Source of the DNA: Eledone cirrhosa
Taxonomy: Eukaryota
DNA length: 64,000 bases
Assembly: GCA_964016885.1 (NCBI GenBank)
Contig: OZ024741.1
Span: 73,036,001-73,100,000 of the forward strand
Direction of reading: 5' to 3'
The notes below the pieces were generated by a model. The model worked only from the letters and a program-made list of their open reading frames with translations. It did not search any database and had not been told where the DNA came from. Shown here one piece after another: positions 11,310 to 25,992 of this stretch (positions are counted from its first letter, which is position 1; each line of letters opens with the position of its first letter). The translations under genes were made by a program, and so were the position numbers.

Positions 11310-12756
11310 AGGGGGTGTAACTAGGAGTTACTGCAGGTTCACCCGGGAGAGCACTCGATGTTTAGGTTCACTTCTGTGATGAGGTGTAGAGCTATACAGA
11401 GTGTAATATATTAATATATTGAAAGGATAACAAGGACGATTGATTACTCCTTCATTGCATTTATTGATAGGTGACGCGCATTTCGCCACGGATCAGCTCA
11501 AGGTTCGATCTGTATCGATCCTACCCGACTCAATAATCGGCAGCTCGACGGACCCTCTTAAAATGCTATAAGAAAATGAAATACATGCTATGTGGTAAAG
11601 TCAGAGTTTCAAGAGTTTGACAAAATGAGTTGTCTTGATTGGTGGGAAGGATCAAGGGGATGTACTGGCCTGTAGTGTATATGGGGGTGGATGTGATGGT
11701 GAGATGTTGGTGACGGTCGGTGGATGAGATGGGCTGTGGTGTGGTGGTGGTGGGTTGGCCTTGGTGTGTAGAGTATGTAGGAGGAGGATGTGATGATATG
11801 ATGGTGGTTATGGTAGCTTACTGGAATGGGCTGTGGTATGAGGTTAGTGGATTGTCGGTAGACGGGTTGGCGTGTGTGGGGGGGTGAAGTGGTGTTGTTG
11901 TTTATGGTAGTGGCGTTTGTGGTGGTGTGGTGGATGTGTTGGTGGTGTCAAGTCCTTACGGAGATACATAGCTAGACGCTCTTCGTCTGACAAATACGTT
12001 GTATATATGTACACACACACACATATGTATATATGCGCACATATATTGTTGTATAAACACACACAAAACACATACGCACACCCTTGCCCACACATATCGA
12101 CACACGCTCATACACAGCCATATGTATATATACACACATGTATGTGCATGCGCGCACACATGTGTGTATTCATATATACAACGTATTTGTCAGACGAAGA
12201 GCGTCTAGCTATGTATCTCCATAAGGACTTGACACCACCAACACATCCACCACACCACCCGAAACGCCACTACCATAAACAACAACACCACAACCACACC
12301 CCATACACGCCAACCCGTCTACCGACAATCCACTAACCTCATACCACAGCCCATCCCAGTAAGCTACCATAACCACCATTATATCATTACATCCCCCCAC
12401 ATACTCTACACACCAAGGCCAACCCACCACCACCACACCACAGCCCATCTCATCCACCGACCGTCACCAACATCTCACCATCACATCCACCCCCATATAC
12501 ACTACAGGCCAGTACATCCCCTTTGATCCTTCCCACCAATCAAAACAACTCATTTTGTCAAACTCTTGAAACTCTGACTTTACCACATAGCATGTATTTC
12601 ATTTTCTTATAGCATTTTAAGAGGGTCCGTCGAGCTGCCGATTATTGAGTCGGGTAGGATCGATACAGATCGAACCTTGAGCTGATCAGTGGCGAAACGC
12701 GCGTCACCTATCAATAAATGCAATGAAGGAGTAATCAATCGTCCTTGTTATCCTTT

Positions 12757-12762
<6 letters not shown>
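11309..12762. mobile_element. ~600-bp-arm inverted repeat of a PLE-type 3' UTR/pseudo-LTR in (TA)n
   Basis: Arms 11414-12008 and 12173-12762 are near-identical reverse complements. Each has an HHR-like motif and AATAAA near its outer end. Confidence 0.85.
12623..12709 (+). ncRNA. Hammerhead-like motif with variant core CCGTCGA and ~60-nt stem II (mirror copy near 11470-11555)
   Basis: GGT-CCGTCGA-GCTGC...GTGGC-GAAA-CGCGCG-TC-ACC, then AATAAA at 12713. Stem III is the palindrome ACGCGCGT. Confidence 0.6.
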
Positions 12763-12796
<34 letters not shown>

Positions 12797-12799
12797 ATA

Positions 12800-13035
12800 T
12801 GTGTAGTATGTAAATCGTAAACAGAAATAACAACACAATCGGTACAGTTTATGGAAGGGATATATTAGGTTAACACTTGAACTTGTAGGAAGAGGGTCTT
12901 GACGTTTCGGACGCTAGTCCTTTACCAGAAGAAAGAACTTTGAAATAAGATAGATTGAAGGGACGGGTGGTTTGGAATTTAGATAAAAATAACATGTTGA
13001 CATCTCTTGGCAGTTTGAATCTGACATGCAAAAAC
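12800..13035 (-). mobile_element. Neptune-type PLE 3'-end remnant with degenerate minimal hammerhead (12897-12932)
   Basis: Minus strand reads TCTT-CTGGTAA-aGGACtagcGTCC-GAAACGTC-AAGA. Its tail ACCGATTGTGTTGTTATTTCTGTTTAC also occurs near 63418. Confidence 0.6.
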
Positions 13036-14232
13036 ATATATATATATGAATAAAGTAAGCCCAGATCATAGTAGATTCAAATATCACAGAGAGAGGTAGA
13101 GAGAGGGGGGGGGGGGGGGGGGGGCGAAATGAGTTGCAATAGATATATGTGAAGCAAAACGAGGATGTAGTTTATGGAACATCCAAATGATTTAGAATGT
13201 CGACCTTAAGTAGGAGCCATAATATTAAGAAAGACATGAACGACACCACAACATTTTGTTTTGAAAATGTTGGAAGTAGGATGATAAATATTAATTTTCA
13301 TAAGATTTTTCGTAGTTGTCTCTGTGGCCTAGTGATAGGTACTAGAGACGGTGGTGATCCTGGCCCTGGGTTCAATCCTGCTCAAGAAGTACGAGTTATA
13401 TATGTATGTTTATATATGTGATATATATTATATATGTATGCTTATATATGTGATATATATATATGTATATGTATATTATATATGTATGTTTTTATATGTG
13501 ATATATATATTATATATATATGTATGCTTATATATGTGATATATATATGTATAAGTATATTATATATGTATGTTTATATATGTGATATATATTATATATG
13601 TATGCTTATATATGTGATATATATATATATATATGCATGTATGCATTTAATTAATTGATTGCATTCAACGTAATCTATCACATTCACTATATGTATATAT
13701 TCTTGTAATTTTAACTTTGAAATTCATACATCAACGATTACAATGTAATGAATAAATTGCCACAAACATGTATGTATTCATATCTACATATGATCTATTG
13801 ATAACGTTAAGTTTAACGGGTAACACTGCACATAACATGTTTCGCAAACATTGTCCGTATGCTATTTGCACATCAATAATTTCGAGAATATTTTAATCTT
13901 GCTCACTGGAAGTCGACAGAATTGTGTTTATTTATATAATCGGTTTAAATATGATAAAATCTAACTATAATGTTTTCTCTCTCTCTACTTATATATATGT
14001 GGACATTATATATTTAATAGATGGAAGAATAGCAAAATACTGTCGGCGCCACTTATATTCCACTGAAGATTAATGTTAAATTTGTTTATATAAGTTAATG
14101 TATCAATGTATGTAAGTATGTTCATATGTTATTCTTATGTTTGTTCCTCTCTGTTTTTCTACACCCCCCCTCTCTCTCTTTCTCTCTCACCACACACACG
14201 CCCTCACCATATATATATATATATATATATAA

Positions 14233-14349
<117 letters not shown>

Positions 14350-14535
14350 GATACATATTTGTTGTCTACTCTGCTTGCCGAAATAATTAATATATTGGTT
14401 TTTTACACACAATATAATAATATCGAGCCTGCATTTTAATGCACTCTGTTAACACAAGCCGTATGTATGTATTTAATGCAAGCATATATGAATGTATGTA
14501 TGTATGTATGTACGTACGTATGCATGTATGTATAT

Positions 14536-14616
<81 letters not shown>

Positions 14617-14639
14617 ATATATATATTGTTATATTGGGG

Positions 14640-15573
14640 GAATGGTCCTATTGCCAATAGAAAGGCACACGCATATTTTCATTTTAACTTTATCTTTATT
14701 GTTCTTTATTCATTTGTTTGTCAAAGTTCTTTCATCGCACATTCTGTGACCTTCTCAGTGACTATCTGTTTTGATTCTCCTCTTTTCCCTGGTCTTAAAC
14801 TTCTACTCCATCTTATCTCTGTTTTGTGGTGCTTTTTTCGTGTTTCGTGTCTGCCCACGCATTTGCACCTGCGCCTTCGTCTGTCTGTCTGACTCTCTCC
14901 CCCCGCTCTCCCCTCTCTCTCTCTGCGTGTATGTGCTTTTGTGTTTGTCTGCTAATTTAATCCTAAGGTTCATTTTATTTGAAGTTCTTCTAAAACGATA
15001 CATTAAATTAAAGTAGTAGAAAAACCAGGAGCTACCATAAAATTTCGGATCAGTAGGACATACCCCTTTAGGAAAACCCTCTGTATTGTTAGAAACTGTA
15101 TAATATGTGAGATAAACCCTCAGATAAACTGCAAAACTAGAAATGTGGTCTATAAGATAAGATGTACAGAGAGACGATGTAGAAACAAGACAACGACATA
15201 CATAGGAGAGACAGTCAGTAGTTTAGGAGAGGGATTAAAGGAATATTGGTAAGAACTAAAGGGGGAGAAAAGTTCATCAGTGCTATACCAACATACTAAA
15301 CTAGAACACCAGGGCTCAATAGATAACATAGAAATAAAGAACCTATCCACATATAGGACTGATGCAATACTCAGATAAATTACTGAGGCCACTCACATAA
15401 GAGAAGATAATCCTACCCTGAACAGAAAACACGAGTGGAATAGTAACAACTCGCAACTTAACGACTGAGGGCGGATTAGAGAATAAAGAAGACACAAACA
15501 ACAAAACAACAAATGATGCCCGCCCCCTAACACACACACACATAAAACACACATAGACATGACAAGCACAAAA

Positions 15574-15622
<49 letters not shown>

Positions 15623-15866
15623 TGAAAGTGTTAACGCACGCACAGATACGAAACACGAAACACGAAACACGAAAAACGCACCACATAAACAAAGATAAGA
15701 TGGAGTAGACGTTTAAGACCATGAGAAAGAGGAGACACAAAACAGATCGCCATTGAGGAGGTCACAGAATGGGAAAGAATTTTGACGAACGGATGATTAA
15801 CGAACAATAAAGATAAAGTGAAAGTGAAAATTATATGGTGTGTGTGTTTCTTTCTATTGGCAATAT
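14640..15866 (+). mobile_element. Old PLE (Nematis-like) 3' half with a diverged inverted pseudo-LTR
   Basis: 15016-15467 translates VVEKPG...PF...C....CIIC...CKTRNVVYKIRC...YIGET...HTKLEH...LR*ITEA...PTLNRKHEW (GIY-YIG, 2 stops). 14650-14850 is a diverged reverse complement of 15645-15866. A degenerate HHR lies near 15750-15795. Confidence 0.75.
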
Positions 15867-16182
15867 TAAATATATAAATGTCGGTTTCAACACACGATTT
15901 TACATCAAGAATCTTGCAGAACAAATACATAAAGGTGTATGTGTGTGTATTTACTATCAAAGTACCTCGCGTAGCATTAAATATACCAGAATGGGTACAT
16001 TTAATGTAATCATATTCAATTTAATAGTATGTTATATTTTTGACTCTATATCCAATGAATTATATCGTTGAACATTTTTTTATTTTAAACTTTGCTTCAC
16101 GACATATTCTACATACGGATTACATTGAGTTCTTCATACGATTTGGACCTTACCATTGATTGGTAGATTTATCTGTGTATGT

Positions 16183-16240
<58 letters not shown>

Positions 16241-16259
16241 GGAAACAGCGAGAGAGAGA

Positions 16260-16335
<76 letters not shown>

Positions 16336-16914
16336 TGAGGGGGCAGAGAGAGATAGAAACAGAGAGACAGAGATAGAGAGACAGAGACAAAGTTAGATAA
16401 ATAAATATACTTTTAGTGAAATGACTGGAATGTTATGTAAGAATTTCAAATTTGATATGTTCAGGGAAGGCACTGTTGTGTTCTGGACATTTTAATATTT
16501 GACATCTATCGTGGCATAATAACATGATAACATGACATCACTGTTTGTTTTACGGTTTGGTCGAGATTAAAGTTGAATATTACTGCAAGGATAGAGAACA
16601 AATACACACACGCAAGTACACACTCACACAAACACACACACACACATAACACATACACAGACACACAGACACACACACATACACACACGCAAGTACACAC
16701 TCACACACACATAATACACAGACACATACACACAGACACACACATACACACATGCAAGTACTCACTCATACAAACATATACACACACAAACAGACAGACA
16801 CACATAACACAGATAGGCATACACACACACATACAAACACACACACACAAACAGACAGACACACATAACACAGACAGACAGACATACACACACACACACA
16901 CATATATGTGTGTG

Positions 16915-17150
16915 TGCGTGACTTGCCTATGCCCAGCAATGTCATGCATCGCAAAAAAAAATCACATGACAAGCGATGTCTGTGCTTAAAGCTTTTTTAA
17001 GTGAGGAGAGACTTTGCACAAGGCCTATCCCACTCACTGAACATCGAATACATTTGCCCATCATTGGATGCAAACGTAGTCGCAGGTTTTATATGAGAGT
17101 GACCTTCTCCAAGAGAGATGTCTTAATGAAGACTAGGAGTTCACAAAAAT
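16915..17150 (-). mobile_element. Fragment of an RTE-derived short element (homologous to 51220-51460)
   Basis: ACTTGCCTATG...GTCATGCATCGCAAAAA...AATGAAGAC is shared with the 51.2-kb copy. Confidence 0.6.
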
Positions 17151-17198
17151 AAAATAAAATCTTTATTGGATTGCCTTATCAGTTGGTGAGTTCAAATA

Positions 17199-17615
17199 AT
17201 GCCAGACATTAAATTGACTCACCAACTGATAAGGCATGCTGTAATTGTTGATTTTAAAGCACAACATAGTGATATAGTGGTTGCTTCCTTTCTAAAGGTT
17301 GCTCGAAATTTCATCGTCAAATTTAGAAATCATCTGGAAGCTGCTGACGATGCTCCAACATCAGCAGCGAAGCGCAAAAAATACACAAAATCCTAATACA
17401 ATCAGAACCCCTATGTTTGTAAAACAAGTTAAAAAATTAATCGATAAATCCCCAGGAAAGTCAATCAGCGCCATCATAAAGGACCTTAAGGTTTCAGAAT
17501 GCACCATCAGAAAACTTGTCAATGAAGACATGAAGTCGTATGTGATGCGGAGAAGCCAGTTTATATCAGATGTGACAAAAGAAAATCGTTTAGTCCACGC
17601 AAAGTGCTTACTGAA
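17199..17615 (+). pseudogene. Tc1/mariner-superfamily transposase N-terminal (HTH) fragment
   Basis: RHAVIV...VASFLKVARNFIVK and IRTPMFVKQVKKLIDKSPGKSISAIIKDLKVSECTIRKLVNED.KSYVMRRSQF lie in two frames. Confidence 0.75.
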
Positions 17616-17639
17616 TAATTTGCTAGTATATCACACACA

Positions 17640-17973
<334 letters not shown>

Positions 17974-18107
17974 TGTATGCTTGTTTGTGTGTGTGTGTGT
18001 GATATACTAGCAAATTACCCCTCGTAGCATTAAATGTACCAGAATGGGCACATTTAATGAAAGTATATTCGGTTTAATAGTACACTATTGAATTTTTTAT
18101 TAAAAAT

Positions 18108-18292
18108 AATTGTTTCTACTATTGGCACAAGGCCACCAATTATCCAGTAGATTACTGGTACTTTATTTTATCGACCCGTAAGGATGAAAAGCAAAGTTAA
18201 CCTCGGCGGGATTTGAACTCAGAATGGCAAGGGCTGTAACTCTATGCGTCAAAGCATGGCGTCCGACCCTCTACCGATACTGCCAATCCACC
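18108..18292 (-). mobile_element. tRNA-derived SINE with Deu/Nin-type central domain
   Basis: Reverse strand has a GAGTTCAAATCC B box and CTTTTCATCCTTACGGGTCGATAAAATAAAGTACCAG. Confidence 0.85.
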
Positions 18293-18647
18293 TAAAAATA
18301 ATGCATTCATTTTAGAAATTATGTTTCGAAAACCTTTATAACTTTCCTATGTCTAATTCCCACTGTTTATAGATAAGCGATCAATATGAATCGCTGAGTA
18401 GCTACGAAGTTCGCCTCGTAATAATGAATACCATGGCTCAATCACATTGCTGGTGTATTTCGTGAGTGTCGTTACCATAGTCTCCGATTGAGTGATATTG
18501 GGTTGACGAAAACTGCATGAATTGGGTTGACGAAAACTGCGTAAAAGCCAGTTGGGTGGACTGTACTTGTAATTCAAATAGCTAGAATTGTTGGAGACTG
18601 TCATGCTGACTCGCCTTATATAATTTTTTAAGAGTACACGTGTCTCT

Positions 18648-18760
18648 AGAATACTTAGCTACTAAAAAGTAGAATACTCAGCTACTAAAAAGTAGAATAC
18701 TCAGCTACTAAAAAGTAGAATACTCAGCTACTAAAATGTAGAATACTCAGCTACTAAAAA
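18648..18760. repeat. 23-bp minisatellite x5
   Basis: AGAATACTCAGCTACTAAAAAGT repeated head-to-tail without spacers. Confidence 0.9.
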
Positions 18761-18964
18761 AACGATTCCACTATCTACTAAAAATATTGCAGTTTTTAAA
18801 CCATAAACTTTTCTGCACTTTGTTGCTGTTATTGTTGTTGTTGTTGTTGTTGTTGTTGCTGTTGCTCTGCTCTCTGATTGAGCAAATTTATAATCAAAGA
18901 CATTCCAGTTGTAGCCTTCCCCTTCGTTCTTTTCCAGATAGATTGTAACTCGAACTGTGTACCT

Positions 18965-19312
18965 ATTTTTGTCGGAGGGTTAAGAAATTTGCTTTGCAAT
19001 CAGTAAGTTTCGAGTTCAATTCCACTGTGAAACATCTTGGTCAAGTGTAATTTACCATATCCTCAGGTCAATCCATACCTTGTGAGTGAAATTGGTTTGA
19101 TAGAAACTGTGTAGAAGCCCAAAGGGTGGAGTGTTCTTGAAATACAAAGGTGAAACATTTTCACATACTATATTACGCTGAATCTTCGCGTTAATTACGT
19201 TAAGAGTACACTTGTCTATAGAAAGATCAGCCACTTGCAGGTTAATTTCATGAGCAGACTGTTACATTGTTCTAACAATCGACACAGTCATCGTCGAAAC
19301 CGATGGTGGCCA
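18965..19312 (+). mobile_element. Degenerate tRNA/CORE-type SINE
   Basis: GAGTTCAATTCC followed by CATCTTGGTCAAGTG. Related copies at 50980-51120, 40970-41130 (-) and 46050-46290 (-). Confidence 0.6.
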
Positions 19313-19756
19313 ATTATATTTCTTTTGGGTTTTTATTTTATTTTTTGTTGGTTGGTAGTGTATGGTATTAGAGAAAATTGGTTGCTATAGCTAGCGAGTT
19401 GAGTGACCACATAGAAGCTCCCTTGATGGGTCACTGTAGAATTGAATTTTTAGTTTGGCAATGTACCAAGAAAGCAATACAAACAACGTAAACATTTTGT
19501 AGGTTAAAATTACCTTTGAAAAGGTGGCGCCGTTCTCTTAACCTGGGAGCGTCTGTTTATATTTATGCTAGTAAATCTGTAGCGTATTTTCACGGGTATG
19601 GTTGTGAGGTTGAACAGTTTTGAAAATTGAGTCGTTAGAGCGTCGAATTAACTGCCTGGCTATTTGTTCCAGGTTCTGGCAAGAATTGCGACCGACTGGT
19701 GGTATCAACAATGGAAAAGCCAATAGAAATTGTGGTCCAATGTATATATATATATA

Positions 19757-21580
19757 TCCCTACCCTCCAACCCACGCCCCCCCCCTCGGTTCCTTTCCCT
19801 GTTCTAGGCCCCGCTGCAACACCTGTCCCCACATCACCAACACCACCACCTTCCAGGGTCCCAACGGCCACTCTCTCTCTGTCCGGCATGCCTACCGCTG
19901 CACCTCCTCCAACCTAGTCTACGGACTTCGCTGCACGGAGTGCAGCGCGACTTTGGTGCCCCTGGACATTCCGCACGCCATCTCACAGTCTGTGGCCTAC
20001 TCCAATGCCACGGAACACCCGCCAATCTCCTCAGAGTTGAACAAAGAACCATCTTCAGCTTACAGACCCACACTCCCCCCGGCCTGAACTCCCCACCATT
20101 ATTCCTTTAGCCTTCGACCGCCCCCCTCCTCCCACACATATCCCCCACTAACACACCCCTCCTTTTCACCGCCCACCCCACAACTAACAATACTAACGCC
20201 TCTACTCCACCTCACATCCGACCACCCTTCCCCAACTAACATACTAACATCCCTCCCTTCTTCTCCTCCCCCTCCTTATCACACGCACACACCCACCGGC
20301 ACATATATACACGCGTTCCCACTAAACACACACCCTAATACCAGCACTAACCTCTCACCCCCACACATCCACCCCACCACCCCGCAACTAACATCACTAA
20401 CACCCCAACCCCACGCACACGTACACACACACCCTCTTACACCACGAACTCTACACACCCAACCACCACTGACGCCCACCCACACCCGCATTCAACCCTT
20501 TCTCCACCTCCTGTATACTAACACCCACTAACACCCCCTTCATCAAACTACACACACACCAGTACACCACACTCCCTCTACCCGCTCCACCCACACCCTT
20601 TCTCAAACACTCACTCATCCCACTAACACCTCTACTAATACACCTCCCTCCTCACTCCAACTTTCACACCTACCCATCCTCGCCCCTTTACCATTCCACC
20701 CTACTGCTGCTATGCCCGCTGACTACCTCCCAGCACACACAGACACACAGCACTCCTACTGCCTTGACCACTTCCTGTTGCGCGCGCACCCCACATCTCC
20801 CTTCTTCCGACCAATCTCTTCACGGATTACTCGTATGTGGACCTTGACCGTTGAATCAACTACCATCCTAGGATTTTACCAACCATTCTACCACATCTTC
20901 TTACGGAATCACCTTTACGACTCACCCACACACACAACCCCCAAATTTTTTTTCCCACACGCCACCTACACCCACAACACGCTTAAACACCACACACACA
21001 CACGTGCGTCCCACCACATATTTACACATTCAACCTCCGGATTCCTCTCCCCCACCCCTCTATCCACACACGCACACACACTCCGACCTACACCCCACCC
21101 CACACACACCTCCTCCTGAACATGCAACCCCGTTCTTCCCCCAACCCTTGCTTTCACATACACACACACACACACGTACACCTACACACACACACACCAC
21201 CTTCAGCCCTCCCCGCTCGGACACCCCGTCTCCCTCTCCCCACTCCACCCGCCACCACCCCTACACGCCCCACACCCTTCCACCACCTGTTTACCCCAGT
21301 TTAATTTTATTTTGATCATGCTTTTATTTTTATTTTTATTCTTATTTTTATTTTTATTTTTATTTTTATTTCCACCGTTTCCTCCCACCCCCTTTTTGCT
21401 ATATGTCTCTCCACCACTCCCCTACACACCCTTTAAACTCTCTTCCCACACACTTTTCACCTGAAGAAGGGCTTATGCCCGAAACGTCGTTCCCCACCAC
21501 CACCCCACTCTCAAGAGCGTGAAATTAAGAAACATTCGTTGTACTGCCTCTCTGTTTTGTTCCTGTTAAAATTTTCCATT
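19757..21580 (+). mobile_element. Neptune-type PLE 3' portion: GIY-YIG remnant, C/A-rich 3' UTR, terminal hammerhead
   Basis: GSFPCSRPRCNTC...CTSSNLVYGLRCTEC, then after an internal deletion FGAPGH...VCGL...RVEQRTIFSLQTHTPPGLN (stop at 20110). Bounded by TA repeats. Confidence 0.85.
21458..21490 (+). ncRNA. Minimal type I hammerhead motif
   Basis: AC-CTGAAGA-aGGGCttatGCCC-GAAACGTC-GT. Stem III is the palindrome ACGT; stem I is only ~2 bp. Confidence 0.7.
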
Positions 21581-21589
21581 ATATATATA

Positions 21590-21841
<252 letters not shown>

Positions 21842-21855
21842 GTATATATATATAT

Positions 21856-23230
21856 TTATTTAGGTTTGTTGGTTCACCACTGGATAGAACTGGTCATTCC
21901 GTATGGTCAACCTCGATGTAATATTATGGAGAGCACTCAACGTAATGCAACTCACTCGTCTTCGTTTGTGTTGTTGGTGGTGCGAGTACAGAGTTAATTA
22001 TTATAAAATAACAGGAGGCTGGACTGGTGTAATTCCTTAAAAGTTTATTAGACTATGATAATTTCAATGACCTGACTCAATGTGAATCCGGTGACATCAT
22101 CAGGTATTCGAAATATAACAAAGAAATATAATAGACAAAATCCATGGGGCTGAAAATCCGAGACATGAGGGCGACCGAACATTTAACAGCTTCTACCTCG
22201 GTCGGCTGCCCTCAAGTGGGGATTATTAAGCCTACACATGTCCATCTGGTGAAGGGACGTAGGCTTATAGTGTACTACTACCACCCCGTCAAAGACAGAG
22301 GCCAGGTCATAATCAAGCTGGTCATGCGTGCTAGAAATTGCCGCAAAAAATATCAAAGAACATATATCTTCAACGAATCTATATATATTAATATATAGTG
22401 GGGGTCTGCATGGTATAATGTATGGACAGAAATTACGATTAACAATTAGAAACGTTAAATTTATTTTTAGAGTTAGAAGATGCCATTTAAGATGAAATTA
22501 GAAAAATAAGGCTTAGGTTTGAAGTTGTGAGATTTAGTTAAAGAATTCACAGAAGGAGGCTTTTATCAAAAAGTTTAAGTGTATTATAGATAGTCACCAT
22601 AAAGTTTCAGGGTAGAATATAGAGTAAAGATTAAGCCCATACTTAGCGGTCAATAACCAGCGACGTTGCGGACCTCCGGTCAGCCCGGGGCCCAACGGCG
22701 TGCCAGCCGTTCCGAGTATTATCGTCTAGCGAAAGAAATGGAAATTTATTCTTCCGAGCACTCCAAGAATGTTAACTGTCTTAAGAGTTGGGTGTGTGTT
22801 AGCGGGAAGTCCGCCACCGCCCGCCGGCCATCGTATATACCAAACGATTACTAGTTATTCAGACTGGTGGGGGATTTAGTTGAGTGCTAGTAGAAGGAGG
22901 CAGGATAAAGTTAAAAGTTATGATTAAGCCTAGAATTTAAAGGTACTGTTTGGCGGTCAATAACCGGTGTTGCAGCGGGTTCCAAGTCCGACAGGACCCT
23001 AGGGCGAAGCAGCCGTTCCGAGTATTTTCGTTTACCGAAAGAAGGGGAAATTCATTTTTCAAAGCACTCAAGGAAGGCTGATCGAGCGCCTGGCGTGCAG
23101 TCGGGAAAGCCGCCACATCCGTCGGATCATCGCGTGTTACCAAACGATTATTAGTTATTCACACCCGTGATGTGAAGTTGAAAGTGGTAAAATCTGATGA
23201 AATGTGCAAATAGACTATATTTATTTCATA
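21856..23230 (-). mobile_element. PLE-type long 3' UTR remnant with a hammerhead-like motif (22052-22105) and a ~306-bp internal diverged duplication
   Basis: Minus strand reads AC-CTGATGA-tgtcaccGGATTCAcatTGAGTCaggtcatt-GAAA-TTATCA-TA-GT, then AATAAA. GCGGTCAATAACC occurs at 22647 and 22953. Confidence 0.6.
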
Positions 23231-23247
23231 ATATATATATATATACA

Positions 23248-23334
<87 letters not shown>

Positions 23335-23347
23335 TATATATATATAT

Positions 23348-23581
23348 CAGGGGCGGTAGAACCATTTCTGAATCGCGGGGTCAAAATTTGGACAATTTAG
23401 TTGTAATTATTAGTTTAGCGCTTTGCACTCTAAAATGGTCACAAAACTTCGATATGCGATAAACATAATATGTACATAAACTGTAACGCATATTCAAACA
23501 GATGTGTGTTTTGGTAGTTTAGGGAGAAAATATAATTATTGGAGGGGCGTATGCCGCCAGCCTCCAGTTCCATCACCACTG
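23348..23581. mobile_element. hAT-like MITE in (TA)n
   Basis: Imperfect TIRs CAGGGGCGGTAGAAC / GTTCCATCACCACTG. Confidence 0.55.
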
Positions 23582-23691
23582 TATATATGTATAAGTAAAA
23601 AATTATGCTCTGTGTCATTTCCTAAGGGGTCAATATATCGAGCTTCTTCGCATTTAGTAAGAAACAGGTGTTATACCCAATTTATTCATCT

Positions 23692-23764
<73 letters not shown>

Positions 23765-23888
23765 CAGAGTTGTGTAGCTTGCTTGAAGCATTCATGAATA
23801 GGAAACAAAAATTTAAATTTTGAAAACCAAACAATGCGTATGCAGAATGTTAAATTGCCAAGATAACAAAAGAATCGTACCTTACCAA

Positions 23889-24023
<135 letters not shown>

Positions 24024-24029
24024 TAGATA

Positions 24030-24340
24030 CATTCATTTATTATGGCTATTGGTGAGCTTTGTTACTGTAAAGTTTCACCGCGCTTTCACAGGAGTGATGC
24101 ATAGTTTCCAGTAGGTATATTGGTGCTGTACTAAACAGAGTGTAATAATAGTAATAATAAAAAGGACGAAGTGTTACATCTTCATTACGTTTATTGAGGT
24201 GTGACGCACGTTTCACAATTGATCAGATCAAGATCTGGCCCGACTCTGGAATCAAACGCTCGTCGGACTTCTGTTATGGAGGTATGGTCAAATTTGGGCC
24301 TTGGGTGTCGCCTTTGTTCCGTGTATGAGCAAAAATACTA
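24030..24340 (-). mobile_element. PLE 3'-end remnant with CCGACGA-core hammerhead-like motif (24201-24268); homologous to the 11.3-12.8-kb family
   Basis: Minus strand reads GT-CCGACGA-GCGTTTGATT...GATCAATTGT-GAAA-CGTGCG-TC-AC, then AATAAA. Confidence 0.7.
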
Positions 24341-24362
24341 TAATATAATATAATATAATATA

Positions 24363-24451
<89 letters not shown>

Positions 24452-24634
24452 TAGCTGTTTGTTGGTCTATATATATTTATCTCTCGAGCTAACTACCATT
24501 CTGTCTCTAAATATATGCATTTATTTAGGCATTCATCCATACATACTTTATATCTGATCATATAAACAGGTATATATATATATACATAAATATATCATGT
24601 GTATATTTATATATGTATATGCATACACCCAGAT

Positions 24635-24670
<36 letters not shown>

Positions 24671-24811
24671 GCATACACCCACACACCCACCCACACACCC
24701 ACACATACACTCACACACACATACACACACAGACAGACAGACACACACACACATATTTATGATATATAAGTTTGTGTAGATATACATATACAATATTGAG
24801 CCATATGTATG

Positions 24812-25636
<825 letters not shown>

Positions 25637-25740
25637 CTGTATATATATATATGCACACATGTGTGAGCGTGCGTAACTATGTATGCCTATACATACATCT
25701 TCAGAATACAACAATATCCTCAGGTAATGAATATTCATGC

Positions 25741-25771
<31 letters not shown>

Positions 25772-25992
25772 TACATATGCATAAATGCATTTGCATGTCT
25801 ATGGTGGGATGTTTGCTAGCGTGTAAAATGGCGCTCTATTTCAGCCAAGTGACTATTGTATATTCTCGGTACGGCGTCCAGCACGTTATTAATACAACAC
25901 CAACGTCTCAGTTATTCGGTTAATACAACATAAAATATTACACTTTAGCACTGTACGTGATATCACACTTGGAAAGCTGAATATTACAGTGA

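Noticed and set aside
18648-18760. 23-bp repeats as a CRISPR-like array
   Set aside because: No spacers, and eukaryotic context; a minisatellite.
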